DNA of 32,000 bases from Pseudomonas aeruginosa (GCF_001457615.1 NZ_LN831024.1:4710001-4742000), one strand, 5' to 3'. Shown: positions 1 to 12,037, counted from the stretch's first letter. The notes: generated by a model from the letters alone, not told the origin. Numbers and translations are program-made.

Positions 1-120
1 TCTGATTATTAAGCTGGGCTAACGAGTGCATCCCCCGCGCAGCGGTTTATCCCGGCGAGCGCAGGGCGGATGATGCTGATCGACGCCGCTCTGCGGCATT
101 TCTCGAACGGAAGGTGCAGC

Positions 121-762
121 ATGAAAATCGCCCTGATCGGCGCCACCGGCCACGTCGGCCACTATTTCCTCAACGAAGCCCTGCAACGCGGCCACGCGGT
201 GACCGCCCTGGTCCGCGACCCGGGCAAGCTGGCGGCGCGCGACGGCCTCTGCGTAGTGCAGGCGGACGTCAGCGACCCGGCCCAGGTGGCCAGCGCCGTG
301 GCAGGCCACGAGGTGGTCATCAGCGCTTTCAACGGCGGCTGGGGTAGCGCCGACCTCCGCGCCCGCCACGCCGCCGGCAGCCAGGCCATTCTCGACGGCG
401 TGAAACGCTCCGGCGTGCCGCGCCTGCTGGTTCTCGGCGGCGCCGGGAGCCTGGAGATCGCCCCCGGCCAGCGCCTGGTGGACAGCCCGGAATTCCCCGA
501 GCAGTGGAAGCAGGGCGCCCTCGGCGCCGCCGACGCCCTCGACCAACTGCGCGGCGAGCAACGACTGGACTGGGTGTTCCTCAGCCCGGCGATGCTCCTC
601 GAACCCGGCCAGCGCAGCGGCAAGTTCCGCCTCGGCGGCGACCAGGTCCTGTTCGACGCCAAGGGCGAGAGCCGGATTTCCCTGGAAGACCTGGCGGTAG
701 CCATGCTCGACGAGGCCGAGCAGCCCCGTCATCATCGCCAGCGCTTCACCGTGGCCTACTGA
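121..762 (+). CDS. NAD(P)H-binding NmrA/atypical-SDR family protein
   Basis: Same frame as track ORF 70..762. I trimmed the start to the ATG at 121, which is preceded by GGAAGG. The N-terminus MKIALIGATGHVG is a Rossmann GxxGxxG motif. Confidence 0.75.
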   Translation: MKIALIGATGHVGHYFLNEALQRGHAVTALVRDPGKLAARDGLCVVQADVSDPAQVASAVAGHEVVISAFNGGWGSADLRARHAAGSQAILDGVKRSGVPRLLVLGGAGSLEIAPGQRLVDSPEFPEQWKQGALGAADALDQLRGEQRLDWVFLSPAMLLEPGQRSGKFRLGGDQVLFDAKGESRISLEDLAVAMLDEAEQPRHHRQRFTVAY

Positions 763-769
763 AAAGACC

Positions 770-790
770 AGGCGCCCCTCTCGGGCGCCT
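770..790. terminator. Hairpin between convergent genes (possible bidirectional terminator)
   Basis: AGGCGCCC (770-777) pairs perfectly with GGGCGCCT (783-790) around a 5-nt loop. It lies between the stop at 762 and the sdsA1 stop at 797. No clear T-tract follows. Confidence 0.4.
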
Positions 791-796
791 TCGTCG

Positions 797-3790
<2,994 letters not shown>

Positions 3791-3793
3791 GGC

Positions 3794-3982
3794 TCAGCGC
3801 CAGCGAGCGTCGTCGCGGCGCTCCTGCCAGGGACGGTTCCAGTCGCGCCCGCGGTTGTCACGGTCGCGGTCGTGATAGCGCTCGTAGCGGTAGTCGGGAC
3901 GATGCCGGTGGTCGTTGCGGTCGTAGACCACGCAGGCCGACAGCGGCAGGACGAGGATCAGCAGGGAAAGCAAACGACGCAT
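3794..3982 (-). CDS. Small lipoprotein, Arg/Asp/Tyr/His-rich (62 aa)
   Basis: ATG at 3982, preceded by AGGAGG. MRRLLSLLILVLPLSAC is a signal peptide with a lipobox. The mature part is low-complexity R/D/Y/H. Confidence 0.6.
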   Translation of the reverse strand: MRRLLSLLILVLPLSACVVYDRNDHRHRPDYRYERYHDRDRDNRGRDWNRPWQERRDDARWR

Positions 3983-4104
3983 GGCGCCTCCTGTGCGGTT
4001 CCGGCCTCTCCTGCGGATGCGGGAGGATTGCCTGTTCCGGAACCTGCACATCGGACTGCGCGGCGCGCGGGCGGTGCCCGCGGCGAGAGTAAAGCCTGGG
4101 TAAA

Positions 4105-4350
4105 TCAGCCGAGGCTACGCAGGTGCAGGACGCCGAACAGCAGCACCTGGAGGCGCTCCAGCCAAGGTGCCGGGCGCGCCTTGAGACGCCCGTTGAGCAG
4201 CAGGATCTCGGCGGCATGGACCAGCACCAGCACGCCGGACAACAGCAGGATCGGTCGATGCAACTCGCCCAGCGGGTAGGCCAGGTTGACCAGCGCGACG
4301 AGCCAGAACATCGCCAGGGCGCCCTTGGCGAACGACAGAAAATGACTCAT
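4105..4350 (-). CDS. Small integral membrane protein (81 aa, DUF1145-like)
   Basis: ATG at 4350, preceded by GAGGAGG. MSHFLSFAKGALAMFWLVALVNLAY... contains two or three hydrophobic helices. Confidence 0.6.
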   Translation of the reverse strand: MSHFLSFAKGALAMFWLVALVNLAYPLGELHRPILLLSGVLVLVHAAEILLLNGRLKARPAPWLERLQVLLFGVLHLRSLG

Positions 4351-4466
4351 GGGAACCTCCTCGTTTCGGTATCGGCAGAGTGTGCCGAGCAAATGCGCCA
4401 AGAGGGTCCGCACTTTCGACTGGAAAGCACGACGGCGCCCGCAGGCGCCGCCTTTCCTTGCGCACC

Positions 4467-4922
4467 TCAGTTGCGCCAGCGAGGTGTCCCGCCCTGCTGG
4501 CCCTGGTGTCCCGGACGATCCTGCCGACCGTGTTGTTGCCAGCGTTGCGGAGAATGCCCGCGCCATTGCGGCTGGCCGCCGCGCTGCCAGTTGCCCGGAT
4601 GCCGCTCGCCACGATGGGCCGGGCGCGATTCGTGGTAGCGCTGCTGGTAGCGATATTGCTCGCGCCGGTAGTCGCGGTGGCCATCGTAGCGGCGTGGCGC
4701 CGGGTAGTAGCGTTGGTCGTAGTAGCGCGTCGAGTAGTAGCGCCGTTCGCTGCGCCAGCCATCGTCATACACGCGATAGCGCGGCACTTCGTAGGCGTAG
4801 CCGTAGGGCTGGCCGCGATAGTGGCGCCAATCGCCGTCATCGTAGTCGTAGTCATACACCGCGCAGCCACCCAGGCTGGCGAGAAGCAGAAGAAGCGGGA
4901 CTCTCAGGAATGTGCGCCACAT
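4467..4922 (-). CDS. Lipoprotein, Tyr/Arg/Asp/Gln-rich low complexity (151 aa)
   Basis: ATG at 4922, preceded by AGGAGG. MWRTFLRVPLLLLLASLGGC is a signal peptide with a lipobox. The mature region has repeated RYY/DY/QRW motifs. This is the 3' part of track ORF 4467..5630. Confidence 0.6.
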   Translation of the reverse strand: MWRTFLRVPLLLLLASLGGCAVYDYDYDDGDWRHYRGQPYGYAYEVPRYRVYDDGWRSERRYYSTRYYDQRYYPAPRRYDGHRDYRREQYRYQQRYHESRPAHRGERHPGNWQRGGQPQWRGHSPQRWQQHGRQDRPGHQGQQGGTPRWRN

Positions 4923-5017
4923 GGCAGCCTCCTGCGGCCCCGCTGCCGACCGGCCGGACGACCGGCGACGCCGCGAGGCGCGCATACGACGTGAAGACTC
5001 GGGAAATGGAAGTGGGC

Positions 5018-5191
5018 TCAGCACCAGCCTTTCTTGGCGTGGCCCGGAGGACAATGGGGCGGGCCGCCGCGATCGTAGCCGTAGTAGCCATCGTCGAACG
5101 GATCCAGTTCGACGTAGGCGCCCGGCACCCGAACGCTGCAACCGCTCATCAGGAAGGCCGCCAGTAGCAGCCCGAACAATCGCATGACCAT
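5018..5191 (-). CDS. Small lipoprotein (57 aa)
   Basis: Not in the track because it is under 60 aa. My hand translation is MVMRLFGLLLAAFLMSGCSVRVPGAYVELDPFDDGYYGYDRGGPPHCPPGHAKKGWC. AAGGAGA lies 7 nt upstream of the ATG. The lipobox is LMSGC. Confidence 0.45.
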   Translation of the reverse strand: MVMRLFGLLLAAFLMSGCSVRVPGAYVELDPFDDGYYGYDRGGPPHCPPGHAKKGWC

Positions 5192-5429
5192 CAGCATTCT
5201 CCTTCATCGCAGAACGCAGCCGAACCACGCCTGGACAAGATCCCGATGGAGCGGGAAGCCGGTTGCGGCGGTTGCAACCCGGCTGCAATAGAGACCGAAG
5301 GAAAAAACGGAAATTCCCTGAATCCGACCAACGACACGGGCCTCCAGAACGTGACCGCAGCCGGCGTTTCTCGGTAGAGTGCGCGGACCAAGGACTGCCG
5401 GCCCCGCCGGAACCGCTCAAGGAGCATGC

Positions 5430-6506
5430 ATGCAACCCATCGACCGCGCCCAGGCACAGCAGCGCGCCAACGACATCCTGGTATTCCAGCGCGAGCTGCA
5501 ACGCCTCGACCAGGAGCAGGCGTTCCGCCTCGAACCGGCCCAGGCCCGGCAACTCGCCGACTATCACCTGGCCCTGCTGGACAGCTACCGCGACCGTTTC
5601 GACATCGACCACGACCTGCGCAGCCAGCAACTTTCGCTGGGCATGCGGGTAGCCTCGTTCTTCGGCGCCCTGGCCTTCGCCGCCAGCGTGTTCCTGCTGT
5701 TCTATCGCTTCTGGGGCCTGTTCCCCACCGTCGCCCAGGTGGCGATCCTGATCGGCAGCGCCTTCGCCGCGTTCTTCGCCACGCTCTGGGTCCAGGCCAA
5801 GGACGCCTCGGGCTACTTCAGCAAGCTGGCGGCGATGGTCGCGTTCGCCTGCTTCGTCCTCGACCTGACCATGCTCGGGCAGATATTCAACGTCACCCCC
5901 AGCGACCTGGCGCTGGTGCCCTGGGCGCTCTACGCCCTGCTCCTGGCCTACCTGTGCAACGCCCGCCTGCTGCTGGCGGCGGCGATCCTCTGCGTGATGG
6001 GTTTCATCGCCGCGCGCGTCGGCACCTGGGGCGGCGGCTACTGGCTGAGCGTAGGCGAGCGACCGGAGAACTTCTTCCCCGCCGCCGCGCTGATCTTCGC
6101 CGTGCCGCTGTGCTTCGATCAGCGCAACTTCAGCGGCTTCGCCGTGATCTACCGGGTGTTCGCCCTGCTCGGCCTGTTCCTGCCGATGCTGGTGCTGGCC
6201 AACTGGGGCTCAGGCAGCTACCTGGCGTTACCGTCGGCGCTCATCGAGGGGCTCTACCAGGTCGCCGGCTTCGTCGCCGCCGCCCTTGTGATCTGGCTCG
6301 GCGCGCGACGCAACTGGGCGGACGTGAGCAATACCGGGATCACCTTCTTCGTCATCTTCCTCTACACCAAGTTCTTCGACTGGTGGTGGGAAGCGATGCC
6401 GAAGTACCTGTTCTTCCTGGTGCTCGGCCTCAGCGCCCTGCTGATCCTGCTGGTCCTGCGCCGCCTGCGCACGCCCCTGGGCATCGCCGCGAGGACTGAC
6501 GCATGA
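5430..6506 (+). CDS. Multi-pass inner-membrane protein with soluble N-terminal domain (DUF2157-like)
   Basis: Track ORF 5379..6506, with the ATG at 5430 following AAGGAG. About 85 soluble residues are followed by many hydrophobic helices. Confidence 0.75.
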   Translation: MQPIDRAQAQQRANDILVFQRELQRLDQEQAFRLEPAQARQLADYHLALLDSYRDRFDIDHDLRSQQLSLGMRVASFFGALAFAASVFLLFYRFWGLFPTVAQVAILIGSAFAAFFATLWVQAKDASGYFSKLAAMVAFACFVLDLTMLGQIFNVTPSDLALVPWALYALLLAYLCNARLLLAAAILCVMGFIAARVGTWGGGYWLSVGERPENFFPAAALIFAVPLCFDQRNFSGFAVIYRVFALLGLFLPMLVLANWGSGSYLALPSALIEGLYQVAGFVAAALVIWLGARRNWADVSNTGITFFVIFLYTKFFDWWWEAMPKYLFFLVLGLSALLILLVLRRLRTPLGIAARTDA

Positions 6507-7318
6507 ATCGCAACCGTCGCAACGCCCTGATCGCCGGCAGCCTCCTGCTGCTGGCGGCGAACCTGGCCGCCCTCGGTGGCGTCGCCTGGAACCGGTCCGG
6601 CGAGGCCGAAAGCAAGCTGGTGCTCAGCCAGCGCGAGCTCCAGCGCAACTGGTCCTACGGTTTCTGGAGCGAAGAGAACAGTGGCGTCGAACTGCGCCTG
6701 GAGCTTCGCTCGCCGAGCAGCGAGCCGCCCAGTGACCTCGCTCCCCCGCTGCCGCCCGAGCAGATGCGCGCCCTCGGTTTCAGCATCCCGGACGCGCTCG
6801 ACGAAGAGAGCGTACGGCGCTACCGCCGCCAACAGGAAAAACAGGTGCTGCTGGTCCTGGAGCTCGACGGCCCGGCCTATCGCCGCGAAGTACGCCTGGC
6901 CGAGGAGCGCCTGGCCGAGGCCAGCGCCCGCAGCAAGGCCCTGCCCAAGGACGAAATGCTGTCCAGCCAGATGGAAGCCGCTCGCCACCAACTGAAGCAT
7001 GAGCAGGGAGAGGCCAGCCGACTGTTCATCGTCGACGCCGGCCTCGACCTGGCCGCCCTGCGCCAGCGCTACCCCGAGCGCCAGCGCTACGCCATCGTCA
7101 AGGGCCGGGTGCGTCCCTGGTCCGCGGTCGACGAAGGCAGGACGCTGGTCGGCGGCTACATCAGCCGTACCGACCTCGCCGCGATCAACGTGCCACGACA
7201 ATGGCACGCGGTATTCGCCAAGGTCGACGGACAAAACTACCGGCTAGCGCCGCTGGAACTGCACCTCAGCTTCGGCCAGCGCCTGGAGCCCTGGATCACC
7301 AACGCCGTTCGCCGCTGA
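6503..7318 (+). CDS. Membrane-anchored hypothetical protein, translationally coupled to upstream gene
   Basis: Shares an ATGA start/stop overlap with the previous gene. It has an N-terminal anchor, MNRNRRNALIAGSLLLLAANLAALGGVAW. Confidence 0.7.
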   Translation: MNRNRRNALIAGSLLLLAANLAALGGVAWNRSGEAESKLVLSQRELQRNWSYGFWSEENSGVELRLELRSPSSEPPSDLAPPLPPEQMRALGFSIPDALDEESVRRYRRQQEKQVLLVLELDGPAYRREVRLAEERLAEASARSKALPKDEMLSSQMEAARHQLKHEQGEASRLFIVDAGLDLAALRQRYPERQRYAIVKGRVRPWSAVDEGRTLVGGYISRTDLAAINVPRQWHAVFAKVDGQNYRLAPLELHLSFGQRLEPWITNAVRR

Positions 7319-7398
7319 AACGCCCCGCCCGGCGCGCGATGCTTGCATCCGCGCGCCGGGCGCTGCACCCTGGGCACCCGCCAGCCATCCACCGCGCC

Positions 7399-7611
7399 AT
7401 GAACAGCGAAATCGACCCCGGCCGCTGCCCGCTGTGCCAGCAATCCAACCGCTGCACCCTGGCCGATCCCGCTAGCGCCGCCCAGGCTTGCTGGTGCTTC
7501 ACCACGGAAATCAATGCGGCCGCGCTGGAGCGGATTCCCGCCGAGCTGCGCCGCCGTGCCTGCCTCTGCCCGCGCTGCGCGCAACTATTGCCGCCCGACG
7601 CCGACGACTGA
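7399..7611 (+). CDS. Cysteine-rich CWC family protein (70 aa)
   Basis: Internal ATG of track ORF 7201..7611. It contains CPLC...C...CWC...CLCPRC cysteine motifs. Its stop overlaps the next start (TGATG). Confidence 0.6.
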   Translation: MNSEIDPGRCPLCQQSNRCTLADPASAAQACWCFTTEINAAALERIPAELRRRACLCPRCAQLLPPDADD

Positions 7612-8303
7612 TGCGCCTGGACCGCTTCCTCGCCAACCTGCCCGAACTCAGCCGCCGCGACGCGCAGATGCTGATCGCCGGTGGACGCCTGCGCGTGGAC
7701 GGCCAGGTGGTGCGCGACGGCACCCACGAAGTGCGTGTCTTCAGCCGGGTGGAACTGGACGAGCAGCTGCTCCAGGCTGGCAAGCCGGCGCGCTACTACA
7801 TGCTGCATAAACCGATGGGCTGCGTCAGCGCCACCCGCGACCCGCAACACCCGACCGTCCTCGACCTGTTCCCGGAAGACCTGCGCGACGACCTGCACAT
7901 TGGCGGTCGTCTCGACTACAACACCACCGGCCTGATGCTGCTGACCAACGATGGCCAGTGGTCGCGCCGCCTGACCCTGCCGGGCAGCCGGCGCGACAAG
8001 GTCTACTACGTGGAAACCGAGGCGCCCATCGACCAACGCTACGTGGATGCCTTCGCCGCCGGCCTCCACTTCCGCTTCGAAGACCTGGTCACCCTCCCCG
8101 CGCAGCTCGAACCGATCGGCCCACGCTGCGCCCGCCTGACCCTGCACGAAGGCCGCTATCACCAGGTCAAGCGCATGTTCGGCCACTTCGACAACAAGGT
8201 GCTGCGCCTGCACCGCGAGCGCATGGGCGATATTTGTCTCGACCCACAGTTGCCGCCGGGTGCCTGGCGCCCCCTGAATGCTGAAGAAATCTGTTCGGTG
8301 TGA
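7611..8303 (+). CDS. RsuA-family rRNA pseudouridine synthase
   Basis: MRLDRFLANLPELSRRDAQMLIAGGRLRVDG is an S4 domain. The GRLDYNTTGLMLLTNDG catalytic motif and HEGRYHQVKRMF are present. Confidence 0.85.
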   Translation: MRLDRFLANLPELSRRDAQMLIAGGRLRVDGQVVRDGTHEVRVFSRVELDEQLLQAGKPARYYMLHKPMGCVSATRDPQHPTVLDLFPEDLRDDLHIGGRLDYNTTGLMLLTNDGQWSRRLTLPGSRRDKVYYVETEAPIDQRYVDAFAAGLHFRFEDLVTLPAQLEPIGPRCARLTLHEGRYHQVKRMFGHFDNKVLRLHRERMGDICLDPQLPPGAWRPLNAEEICSV

Positions 8304-8438
8304 AACCCCGGCGCCCGCCGCCTGTCCACCGAAAGAGGCCGGACCGCAGGGGTTTGGCCGGCCGTCGCGAGCGACGCTAAGCTGAATGGCATCTGTCGGA
8401 GCGACAGCCTTTCCCGCATGGAGCAAGAGAAAGCGCCA

Positions 8439-9482
8439 ATGAAAAGATCCCTTGCCGTACTGCTGCTGGCCTTCGCCGTCGGCAGCCTCCACGCGGCGCC
8501 CGCCAGCCCAGCGAACGCGCCTTTGCCGCCGGCCGACATCAAGGCGCGGCTGAAGAGCATGAAGCCCGGCGAGTACCTCTGGTACCCGGAGGTTTCCCCG
8601 CAGGGACCAGTGACCATCGTGGTCAGCCTCACCGAACAGAAGGCCTACATCTACCGCAACGGTATCGCCATCGGGGTCAGCACCCTCAGCTCCGGCAAGA
8701 AGGGCCGGGAGACCCCGACCGGAGTGTTCTCGATCCTGCAAAAGAGCGTCGACCACAAGTCCGACCTCTACAACAGCGCGCCCATGCCCTACATGCAGCG
8801 CCTGACCTGGGACGGCATCGCCCTGCACGCCGGCAACCTGCCCGGCTATCCCGCCTCCCACGGCTGCATCCGCCTGCCCATGGCGTTCGCCAAGAAGCTC
8901 TACGGCATCACCGGATTCAGCTCCACCACGGTAATCATTTCCAACGCCAGCAGCGCGCCGAAGGAAGTCGACCACCCCGGCCTGCTGGCACCGACGGTAG
9001 CGGACGGGCGACCGGTGACGCTGCCGGTGGAGCCCGGAGAAATCGCCTGGAACGACCCCGGCGCGGAACGCGGTCCGTTGTCGGTGCTGATCAGCCGCGC
9101 CGACCAGCGCGCCTATGTCTATCGCGGCGGCCAGCGCATCGGCACCGCACCGGTGCAGTTGCCGGCACGCCCGCAAACCGGCATGGCGGTGTTCTCGCTG
9201 CTGGAAAAGCCGACCCCGGAAGAAATCAGCGAGACCTCGCCGAACCTGCGCTGGTCGGTGGTCCAGGTGAGCAACCCGGGACAGGGCCTGACACCCTCCG
9301 AGCAACTGGGCAAGATCCGCATGGACCCGACCTTCGTCCGCGAAATGCTCGGTGCCATGGACGTCGGCAGCACCCTGGTGATCACCGACTGGGCCTCGAC
9401 CCGGGACACCCACAGCGACTCCGATTTCACGGTGATCGCCACGGAAACACCGAACAATCCGACGAAATCGCTTAAAAAGTAG
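8439..9482 (+). CDS. L,D-transpeptidase (YkuD domain), secreted
   Basis: Signal peptide MKRSLAVLLLAFAVGSLHA. The YkuD core TPTGVFSI...HGCIRL contains the catalytic His/Cys motif. Confidence 0.85.
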   Translation: MKRSLAVLLLAFAVGSLHAAPASPANAPLPPADIKARLKSMKPGEYLWYPEVSPQGPVTIVVSLTEQKAYIYRNGIAIGVSTLSSGKKGRETPTGVFSILQKSVDHKSDLYNSAPMPYMQRLTWDGIALHAGNLPGYPASHGCIRLPMAFAKKLYGITGFSSTTVIISNASSAPKEVDHPGLLAPTVADGRPVTLPVEPGEIAWNDPGAERGPLSVLISRADQRAYVYRGGQRIGTAPVQLPARPQTGMAVFSLLEKPTPEEISETSPNLRWSVVQVSNPGQGLTPSEQLGKIRMDPTFVREMLGAMDVGSTLVITDWASTRDTHSDSDFTVIATETPNNPTKSLKK

Positions 9483-9561
9483 TCGGCAAGTTGTTCAAAA
9501 ATCGAGCACAATGCCTCTCATCCGGTAAAAACCACACTGAACCGATGGGAATACTGCTCGT

Positions 9562-10299
9562 ATGCCAACCTTCCTCCGTGCCGCCCTGCGCAGGCTGAGC
9601 CTGGCGGGCGCCACCCTTTGCGCACTGGCCAGCGGGCCGGTATTCGCCATGCCACTTCCCTCCGCCAAGGACCTGCAGAAACTCGCTCCACAGGCCAGCC
9701 TGCCGACCCTCGAACTGGCCCTTACCGCCTATGCCTGCGCGAGTGCCAGCCAGGGCGGCGACAACGGCCTGCTGACGGTGATCGACTACTCGCGGCCGTC
9801 ACGCGACAAGCGTCTCTGGGTATTCGACCTGAAGACCCGCAAGCTGCTCTTCGAAGAGTGGGTGACCCACGGCAAGAACAGCGGCGATGACCTTGCCACC
9901 TCCTTCTCCAACCGGCCGAACAGCTACCAGTCGTCGATCGGGCTGTTCCAGACCGGCCAGCTCTATACCGGCAAGCACGGCCAGTCGCTGCGCCTGGTTG
10001 GCCTGGAGCCGGGCTTCAACGACAAGAGCGAAGAACGCGCCATCGTCATGCATTCCGCTGCCTACGCCGATCCCAGGGTGGTTCCCGGGCTCGGTCGCCT
10101 GGGCCGCAGCCAGGGCTGCCCTGCGGTACGCCCGGCCGTGGCGGCCCGGCTGATCAACACCCTCAAGCGCGGCAGCTACGTGTTCGCCTACTATCCGCAG
10201 CCGAAGTGGCTGGAGACCTCGCGCTTCCTCGCCCCGCAGAGCTGCGCCGTGGCACGTGCGGCGCGTACGCCGGAAGTCATCGCCAGCCTGCTCAAATGA
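9562..10299 (+). CDS. Murein L,D-transpeptidase catalytic-domain family protein (YkuD_2-like), secreted
   Basis: Signal peptide ...LCALASGPVFA. VTHGKNSG...SIGLF...VMHSAAY...GRSQGCPAV resembles the L,D-TPase-like family. Confidence 0.7.
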   Translation: MPTFLRAALRRLSLAGATLCALASGPVFAMPLPSAKDLQKLAPQASLPTLELALTAYACASASQGGDNGLLTVIDYSRPSRDKRLWVFDLKTRKLLFEEWVTHGKNSGDDLATSFSNRPNSYQSSIGLFQTGQLYTGKHGQSLRLVGLEPGFNDKSEERAIVMHSAAYADPRVVPGLGRLGRSQGCPAVRPAVAARLINTLKRGSYVFAYYPQPKWLETSRFLAPQSCAVARAARTPEVIASLLK

Positions 10300-10434
10300 A
10301 CCGCCGGGGCGGCGGCCGCGCCGTCCCTTTCCTTCCCGGCATCCCGAAATCGCAGCATCGGTACTTGCCTCGCGGCATTTCGTCGGATTCCAGCCCCCCT
10401 TCCCCCATCCAAAAGCGAAACAGGGCTTGCAGTC

Positions 10435-10450
10435 CGGCACGCCGGCTGCT
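10435..10450 (+). promoter_or_regulatory. Candidate sigma-54 (-24/-12) promoter upstream of phaG
   Basis: CGGCACGCCGGCTGCT has GG at 10436-10437 and GC at 10448-10449, with a 10-nt spacing. This matches the core of TGGCACG-N4-TTGCW. It would give a leader of about 290 nt. Confidence 0.3.
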
Positions 10451-10750
10451 TAACTGACGCTCACGTTGTGACTGACCAGTCACAAACGACTTCCAAGAAA
10501 GCCCGCGTGACTGCCCGCGCTTCGGCGCCGGCCTTTCCTGCCCGGCCAATAGCCGCTTCGCCAAAATCCGAGAGGATTTCGGACGCTCTCTATTTGCCTG
10601 TAAGTCGTTGAAAATCAAAAGTTTATCAAATCCATCCGAATGACATTCAACTGTCATTGGGAGGCGCTTTCATCTGCCCATGAGCATTTTGTATTCGCCG
10701 CGACAAGCAGGTCGCCGCGTTCCCATCGAACGATTCCAGGAGGAAGCGAC

Positions 10751-11653
10751 ATGAGGCCGGAAACAGCCATCATCGAGATCCACGGGCAATACAGGATTCA
10801 CACCGAGTTCTACGGCAACCCCGCGGCGCAGCAGACCATCATCCTGGTCAACGGCTCGCTGTCGACCACAGCGTCCTTCGCCCAGACCGTGAAGTACCTG
10901 CAGCCGCATTACAACGTGGTGCTCTACGACCAGCCGTATGCCGGCCAGTCCAAACCCCATAACGAAAACCGCACGCCGATCAGCAAGGAGTGCGAGGCCA
11001 GGATCCTGCTGGAACTGATCGAACGCTTCCGTGCCGACGTAGTGATGTCGTTCTCGTGGGGCGGCGTCGCCACCCTGCTGGCCCTGGCGCAGCGTCCCGG
11101 ACGGATCCGCAGGGCGGTGGTCAACTCATTCTCGCCTCAGCTCAACCCGGCCATGCTCGACTACCTGCATCGCGGCCTCGACTACCTCGCCGCCTGCGAT
11201 CGCACCCAGGTCGGCAACCTGGTCAACGAAACCATCGGCCGCTACCTGCCACAGTTGTTCAAGCGCTACAACTTCCGCCACGTCAGCAGCCTGGACGAGC
11301 ACGAATACCACCAGATGCACTTCCATATCCGCGAAGTGCTGCGCCTGAACGCCGATAGCTATACCGAGAGCTTCGCCGGCATCGAGATCCCGGTGCTGTT
11401 CATGAACGGCGAGCTGGACATCTACACCACGCCCCACGAAGCCCGCCAGTTCGGCCAACTGATCCGCGGCGCGGAATTCCACACCATCCGCAATGCCGGC
11501 CACTTCATCGACGTCGAGCACAAGGCCGCCTGGCAACAGACCCAGGACGCCCTGCTGGCCTTCCTCCGCCCGCAGCGCACGCAGCCGCTCAACCCGATCT
11601 ACCGCCCCCAGCCCAACGGCGCCAGCGTCCCCCTCGCCGCCCTCGCCAGCTAA
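10751..11653 (+). CDS. phaG: 3-hydroxyacyl-ACP:CoA transacylase PhaG (RhlA paralogue, alpha/beta hydrolase)
   Basis: ATG at 10751 after AGGAGG. MRPETAIIEIHGQYRIHTEFYGNP...ILVNGSLSTTASFAQT...MSFSWGG is recognisably PhaG (PA0730) and is collinear with RhlA. Confidence 0.9.
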   Translation: MRPETAIIEIHGQYRIHTEFYGNPAAQQTIILVNGSLSTTASFAQTVKYLQPHYNVVLYDQPYAGQSKPHNENRTPISKECEARILLELIERFRADVVMSFSWGGVATLLALAQRPGRIRRAVVNSFSPQLNPAMLDYLHRGLDYLAACDRTQVGNLVNETIGRYLPQLFKRYNFRHVSSLDEHEYHQMHFHIREVLRLNADSYTESFAGIEIPVLFMNGELDIYTTPHEARQFGQLIRGAEFHTIRNAGHFIDVEHKAAWQQTQDALLAFLRPQRTQPLNPIYRPQPNGASVPLAALAS

Positions 11654-11783
11654 CCGCCACCGCCACGGGGAGCCCCGCTCCCCTGGCGGAAAAACCCAGC
11701 GAAATCAACAAAAACCCCGCCCCGGGCTTCACCTGCCGCCGCGCATCTGGTAAAAAGGCGCCCTGGCCGCAAAAGCCATCCGA

Positions 11784-11857
11784 GCGGGCGTCGTATAATG
11801 GCATTACCTGAGCTTCCCAAGCTCATGACGAGGGTTCGATTCCCTTCGCCCGCTCCA
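11784..11857 (+). tRNA. tRNA-Gly (anticodon UCC), encoded CCA
   Basis: Hand-folded cloverleaf. Acceptor stem GCGGGCG/CGCCCGC. Anticodon arm TGAGC-TTCCCAA-GCTCA. T arm GAGGG-TTCGATT-CCCTT. Total 74 nt. Close to E. coli glyT. Confidence 0.95.
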
Positions 11858-12037
11858 GTATTTCCGGGCCTTCCAGCCGCCCAGGCGCATCGAGCGCAAG
11901 TGCTGGGGGCCGTTTCGGGGGCCGTTTGCGTGCGTCACTGGCAAGTGCGCGCGGAGAGTGAACAAACGGCAGAGAGCCAGGTTCCAATGCCCGCCCCGCC
12001 TGGCAACCCCTCGTTTTATGTTGACCCATCGAAATTG

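Noticed and set aside
4115-5167. The ORFs 4115..4870(-), 4349..5167(+), 4380..4994(+) and the N-terminal 230 aa of 4467..5630(-).
   Set aside because: They overlap the better-supported small lipoprotein and membrane genes, which have RBS, signal peptide and lipobox. They consist of A/R/T/P low-complexity sequence.
7296-9413. Very long antisense or alternate-frame ORFs in the track, for example 7296..9413(-), 19..735(-), 869..2587(+), 14756..16300(+), 17397..18143(-), 28177..29658(-) and 29868..30737(-).
   Set aside because: Each lies opposite or out of frame to a gene with clear family-level sequence identity (sulfatase, transpeptidase, terminase, capsid, sheath). Their translations are Arg/Ala/Gly/Pro-rich with no motifs. 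These are typical shadow ORFs of high-GC DNA.
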